From contig JBBPEB010000027.1 of the NCBI GenBank assembly GCA_039096225.1, positions 434,001 through 498,000 on the forward strand: DNA of 64,000 nt, read 5' to 3'. The stretch comes from Blastocystis sp. Blastoise (Eukaryota; Protista; Bigyra: Opalinata). Below the pieces are notes generated by a model that searched no databases, was not told where the DNA came from, and worked only from the letters and a program-made list of their open reading frames with translations. A program made the position numbers and the translations under genes. The stretch's first letter is position 1, and the number at the start of each line of letters is the position of its first letter. Positions 49,096 to 64,000 of this stretch are shown piece by piece.

Positions 49096-50505
49096 TTATA
49101 AAGCATCATCATTTTCTGAGGAAACACTGATTTCATCATTATTAACAGGTCTAGAAGTATATGTTAATATTCTATTAGATATTTTTGATGATCTATTATT
49201 TTCTTTTGCTCTAGAACAATCTTCAAAGTCATGAATGAACTCTTCTTCATTATCAATAAGTAGTTTTGAAGCATCCCAAGCACTCATAATGTTTCTCCTA
49301 GTAAATGATTCACTAAAAGCATTCTCAGAAGCAGAAAGAAGTGAGTATCTACCTGTTTGTTTATAATATCGTCGAAATTTTGATTTAAATGCATTATATA
49401 TTACTAGATCCAGTGGCTGAAATACACTTGTTGTTCCTTTAGGAAGAATAAGTACTTCCACATGATTAATCTTACATAAATCTAAAAAAGACGTATCATT
49501 TCTTGTATTATGAGCATCCATAATTAAAAGACAGTAATCATCATTAGAAGTTAAACCTAAATGGGATCTTTTACTATTAACTGATGGAAGGAAAACATCA
49601 AGAAGCCATGAAGATAAGATATCTTTATTAATCCATCCTTTAGTAGAGAACCATGTAGTTAAATATTCAAGCTTTTCTTTCTTAATCTTATCTTTATTAT
49701 ATGTGCTCTTATCTACTATATATGAAGAAGGTATACATGTTCCATCTGAACAAATACACCCAATAAGTGTGGTATGTGTTACAGAAGTACCCTGATCAGT
49801 AATAGGTATAGAATCAGTAGTAACAGCAACAACAGTTCTTAATCTCTTTTCTCCACATGTGACCCATGATTCATCCATATTGTATATGAGAGAATGATGA
49901 ATGTTTCTTTCTTTAATAATATAATGGATATTTCTATATAATGTTTTTGCATCCTTTACTGTTGGTCTAGCTTTTGCTTCATAATTAGTTAATGGCTTCT
50001 TCAACTGAATATCATATTTCTTCAATAAATTTCTCACATATGCTTCAGAAACATCTTTTATACCTCCATTTCCTCTTCTTGCATTATTGATACTTCTTCT
50101 TCTAATCTCTTCAGAAATTTCGACTTTAGTAGGACATTTTTTGATTCTAATACATTCTTTAATCCATTCCACAATTTCCTTTTCTTCATCATCACTTAAA
50201 CACTTTTGATTACCAGGATGTAGTAATACTTTGTTATTATTGACATTTTTCATAGATCTTTTTAGAGTAGAAGGTGAAATATTAGTAACTACTGAAATAT
50301 CATCGAATGTAAGCTTTTTCATTCCATTTTTTCCATTGAATACTCTTTTCATAATGCATGCTTTTTTTCTAGGGCTATTTTCTTTCATCACTTCTGGATG
50401 ATTCAATATTTCTCTCACTTTAATATCTTTATCAATTAACTCCAAATCAGGAACAGAAGGCATAACAGAAAATTCGTTATTAGTAGAAGGTGTAGCAGTA
50501 TCCAT
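49096..50505 (-). CDS. DDE_1 (pogo/Fot1) transposase with CENP-B/Tc5-type HTH, DD35D, intronless
   Basis: LSDDEEKEIVEWI (HTH), IYNMDES, TLIGCICSDG, KGWINKDILSSWL, LLIMDAHNTR-35 aa-FQPLDL; first ATG at 50505. Confidence 0.95.
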   Translation of the reverse strand: MDTATPSTNNEFSVMPSVPDLELIDKDIKVREILNHPEVMKENSPRKKACIMKRVFNGKNGMKKLTFDDISVVTNISPSTLKRSMKNVNNNKVLLHPGNQKCLSDDEEKEIVEWIKECIRIKKCPTKVEISEEIRRRSINNARRGNGGIKDVSEAYVRNLLKKYDIQLKKPLTNYEAKARPTVKDAKTLYRNIHYIIKERNIHHSLIYNMDESWVTCGEKRLRTVVAVTTDSIPITDQGTSVTHTTLIGCICSDGTCIPSSYIVDKSTYNKDKIKKEKLEYLTTWFSTKGWINKDILSSWLLDVFLPSVNSKRSHLGLTSNDDYCLLIMDAHNTRNDTSFLDLCKINHVEVLILPKGTTSVFQPLDLVIYNAFKSKFRRYYKQTGRYSLLSASENAFSESFTRRNIMSAWDASKLLIDNEEEFIHDFEDCSRAKENNRSSKISNRILTYTSRPVNNDEISVSSENDDAL

Positions 50506-50597
50506 AGTTTGTAAAATAAATAGCAATATTTACAAAAATATATTTTTTTTAATGAATTAATAATAAAATAACATATTTTTCTATCTACATGACAGTT

Positions 50598-50719
50598 AAA
50601 AACTGATTTCCATGTTTTTTTAATATTTTTAACTGTAATAAAATAAATTCCCATGAGAATTATGTTTTTTTAGAAAAAGTGTCACTTTGGTGCAGGAGGT
50701 CAGTCTGTTTCAGGTACTT
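50598..50719 (-). repeat. Right TIR (122 bp)
   Basis: Inverted copy of 48784-48905. Confidence 0.95.
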
Positions 50720-51447
50720 TAATTCTTCTTAGAAAACACATGTAGAGAGTCAGTTCTCTGAATGTTTTATCGAAACCCGTTTTCATTCAATCAAATAAAT
50801 TGCCGAAACGAAGCAGAGAGAATCGCGGTTATTGAACAGAAGACTAAAAACTGGAAAACACAAAAAGAATTCTTTTTTAGTAGAGAATGAATAGAGGATT
50901 CATTATTAAGACGGATAAATACACTATTTTCTATGTTTCTAAGTGATAATAATTAGAAACAATTAGTTGAAACAAAATAATATAGGTTAATTTTGAATAA
51001 TTAAGTGTCGAATGTCTATTTTTTGATCTTTATTATGAGCATTTTGTCATATTCAATGTTGTAGTAATCATAACAAGTATGTATCACACAAAAAATGAAC
51101 AAATAATTCATGACACGCAGATTTCTTTGTTTATAAAAGTTAAATAAATACAGGTTTATGATATAGAAGTTCATGTAGTTTTAAATATAGATTTTATATG
51201 TTCACTACGAAGAACAAAAGAATTCAAATAACAACTATTATAGTATTTATGTCAGGTTCTAAGAGATAAATAGAATATGTATGACACATAATTAACTAGA
51301 ACCTAGATTTGATAATATTAAACATATTAATTTAAAAAAATAAAGAATAAAAAATATCTATGATTCTATTTTGGTTTTTCACTTTAAAGCACGAAATAAC
51401 CGCTATTTAATTATTCAATACATTTTTACAAATAAAAACTATTAAGG

Positions 51448-52983
<1,536 letters not shown>

Positions 52984-53543
52984 ATAAACTTTACTTTAGA
53001 AACTCTTTTTTTTTATTTATATATATCTTATTTGTACATTATATATTTATAATAAGTCCAACTTTCATTCACGAGTTTTTTATCATTATTTTTTTTTTGT
53101 AATTTTTTTTTGATATTTTCCTTATACAAATAATTATAAAATTAATACTTTTTTCACCATAATAACTTTATTTTAAATAAACAAAACAACAGAATACTTT
53201 TATTCAAACATAAAAACTTATTTAAAGAATAACAACATTTTTTAATAACATTTTCAAACCCAAATTCGCATCATTTGTTTGTTTTACTCTGAGATATCTA
53301 TACGACTCAATTTTCATTTCCTCATAATCAATAAAAATAAATCAAAATTAAACCAAAATAATACATAAAAATGAGTCTACTACCACATACTCCAAAAAGA
53401 AACATCTTTCATTTAAACCATTCAAAATAATGTCTATCATTTTCCACAAGAAAACAATTGGATAGTTAAAGTTTCTATACATTTTTTTATTACTTGGAAA
53501 ACCAATATTATCGAATAAAAAACATTTTCTTAACGGAATCAGA

Positions 53544-54260
53544 ATGTTTGTCATCATCTACTCATCAAAAAATGCCTACCTCAAACAGATCTTTATAAAC
53601 TATTTTGAATCCCTTCTAATACCGACAACACAGAATGTTTTTGAATACCTGAATCCCGAGAAAGTTTTTATGCTCTTGAAATCGTTTAGATTTACAACGT
53701 ATACAAAAACGTATACCTGTTGTTCTTATTATTATATTTTTAAAAATATATATATTTCTTTAACTTTTCTTTCAATGAGTCACACCTTTCAAATTTATTT
53801 CATGAAGTTAGTAGCCTTCTACTTTTTTTATTATATTCAATCGGTAATAAAATCAAGACTTCAATCAATAATTAATATTTTTGTGAAATGGGCAAAACAA
53901 ATTTGTTTAGTACTGATTCTTATATATAGTTTATTCGTCATCCTTATAAATAACTCCAGAGTACCTGCTCAATTATATACTCCATTCAAAATGTTCAATA
54001 AATTGATCAATAATGTGAACAATAACTATATCAAGTTATTAAAGTATTCAATATGCCAACTAATATATACGATCATAATACAACTCTATGAAGACTCCTA
54101 TATGCCATACGTAGATGATTTTAAGATATTTAGAGCTTTTATGTTTTTTGTTCTCCCTATTATTCCAAATAATTTTTCTTTAATCAGTAACTTTCTTGAA
54201 TGGATTCAAATTCTTCTTCCTTGTTTAGCATTGATATATAATATCAATTTCAAAAAATAA
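53544..54260 (+). other. Intronless 238-codon ORF of uncertain status (orphan gene or shadow of a decayed minus-strand gene)
   Basis: Long stop-free frame in complex, non-repetitive sequence, but many C-ending codons atypical of neighbouring genes and no recognisable motif. Confidence 0.3.
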
Positions 54261-55080
54261 TTTTTTTTTTTCCTTCATTTATGTTATCATTTTATAATTC
54301 TTACTCTTCGATGAAAAGTATTTTCTCTTTTTCTTTAATTCTTTTCTGTAACAAAAAGGAATATTTCTTGTTATTTAAGAAAAAGAGATTTATATATATA
54401 TATTCATTTATAATATCTTTTATCATATCTTTTCATGATAGAATTGATATTATTGTTATATATTGTTAAAGTTTTTGAATTTATTAGTGTTCTTATGTTT
54501 TCATTTATCTATATAATTTTCTTTTTGCATACACATATATAATAATGTGTTTTTTGAATATATAATTGTTTATAATTTATATATGCAATTTATATATGTT
54601 TGTATATTATTTACTATTCTTATGTTTTTATTTATCAATTGAGGAGTTATTATAAAATATATATATTATTATTATTATTATTAGAAAAAGAAAAATTATG
54701 TCATTTATATAAGTTTTTGAATAAACATAATGTATAGTATACTGTTTTGTTAAGATTTTTATATATAAGGTTTCTTTAAATAAAAATAATTTTTTATGCT
54801 TTTTATAATATATTTTTTTTTATATAAGACTGTTTTATTACACATAATATTTAAAAATTATATTTTATTTGAATTAATTTTTTTTTATATTTTTTATACA
54901 GTTTCATTTAAAAAATAGTTAGTTAAAATTGCAAAAAAAAACTGTTTATAAATAATAATATTTTAAAAAGCAATTAATATTAAATATATAGAAACTCAGC
55001 AAAGGATACAAATAATTAAAAGCTGGAAAAAGAAGAAAAAAAAAGAATAAATATATATATAATATATTATTTTTAGATAT

Positions 55081-64000
<8,920 letters not shown>

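Larger units (their letters stand above)
48784..50719 (-). mobile_element. Complete pogo/Fot1-type (Tc1-mariner superfamily) DNA transposon, 1,936 bp, TA target-site duplication
   Basis: 122-bp terminal inverted repeats with no mismatch seen (48784-48905 and 50598-50719), flanked by TA at 48782-48783 and 50720-50721, enclosing a single transposase ORF. Confidence 0.95.

Noticed and set aside
50436-50654. 72-aa ORF overlapping the transposon end
   Set aside because: Starts inside the TIR and has no recognisable protein features; probably incidental.

Overview
Extremely AT-rich (about 20% GC by eye), gene-dense, intron-rich eukaryotic nuclear DNA in the standard code. Organism is inferred, not proven: an AT-rich Blastocystis-like stramenopile (Blastocystis-type secreted Ig/lectin-module protein, minimal introns of about 35-60 nt, a U12 AT-AC intron, some TGTTTGTT-like 3' motifs). 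About 15 protein genes can be reconstructed by hand: a giant secreted protein, U2AF1, RRP3/DDX47, NFU1, TRAPPC9, an ATXR3/SDG2-type SET methyltransferase, mitochondrial uL23, AP-2 alpha, two convergent BTB-like paralogues, a Nam8/TRNAU1AP-like RRM protein, a partial VPS8-like gene and several hypotheticals. There is also an intact DD35D pogo/Fot1-type transposon with perfect 122-bp TIRs. Most short ORFs in the track are intron or microsatellite artefacts. Signals the annotation does not explain: (1) a CpG-centred quasi-palindromic motif (full form GATTCCCACGGGAATC) recurring more than 25 times in exons in several frames and near gene starts; (2) introns bounded by, or made only of, self-complementary (AT)n; (3) an apparent GA-AG intron in the conserved ATXR3 gene; (4) an AT-AC minor intron in NFU1. 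All splice models and counts were made by eye and need RNA-seq or computation.
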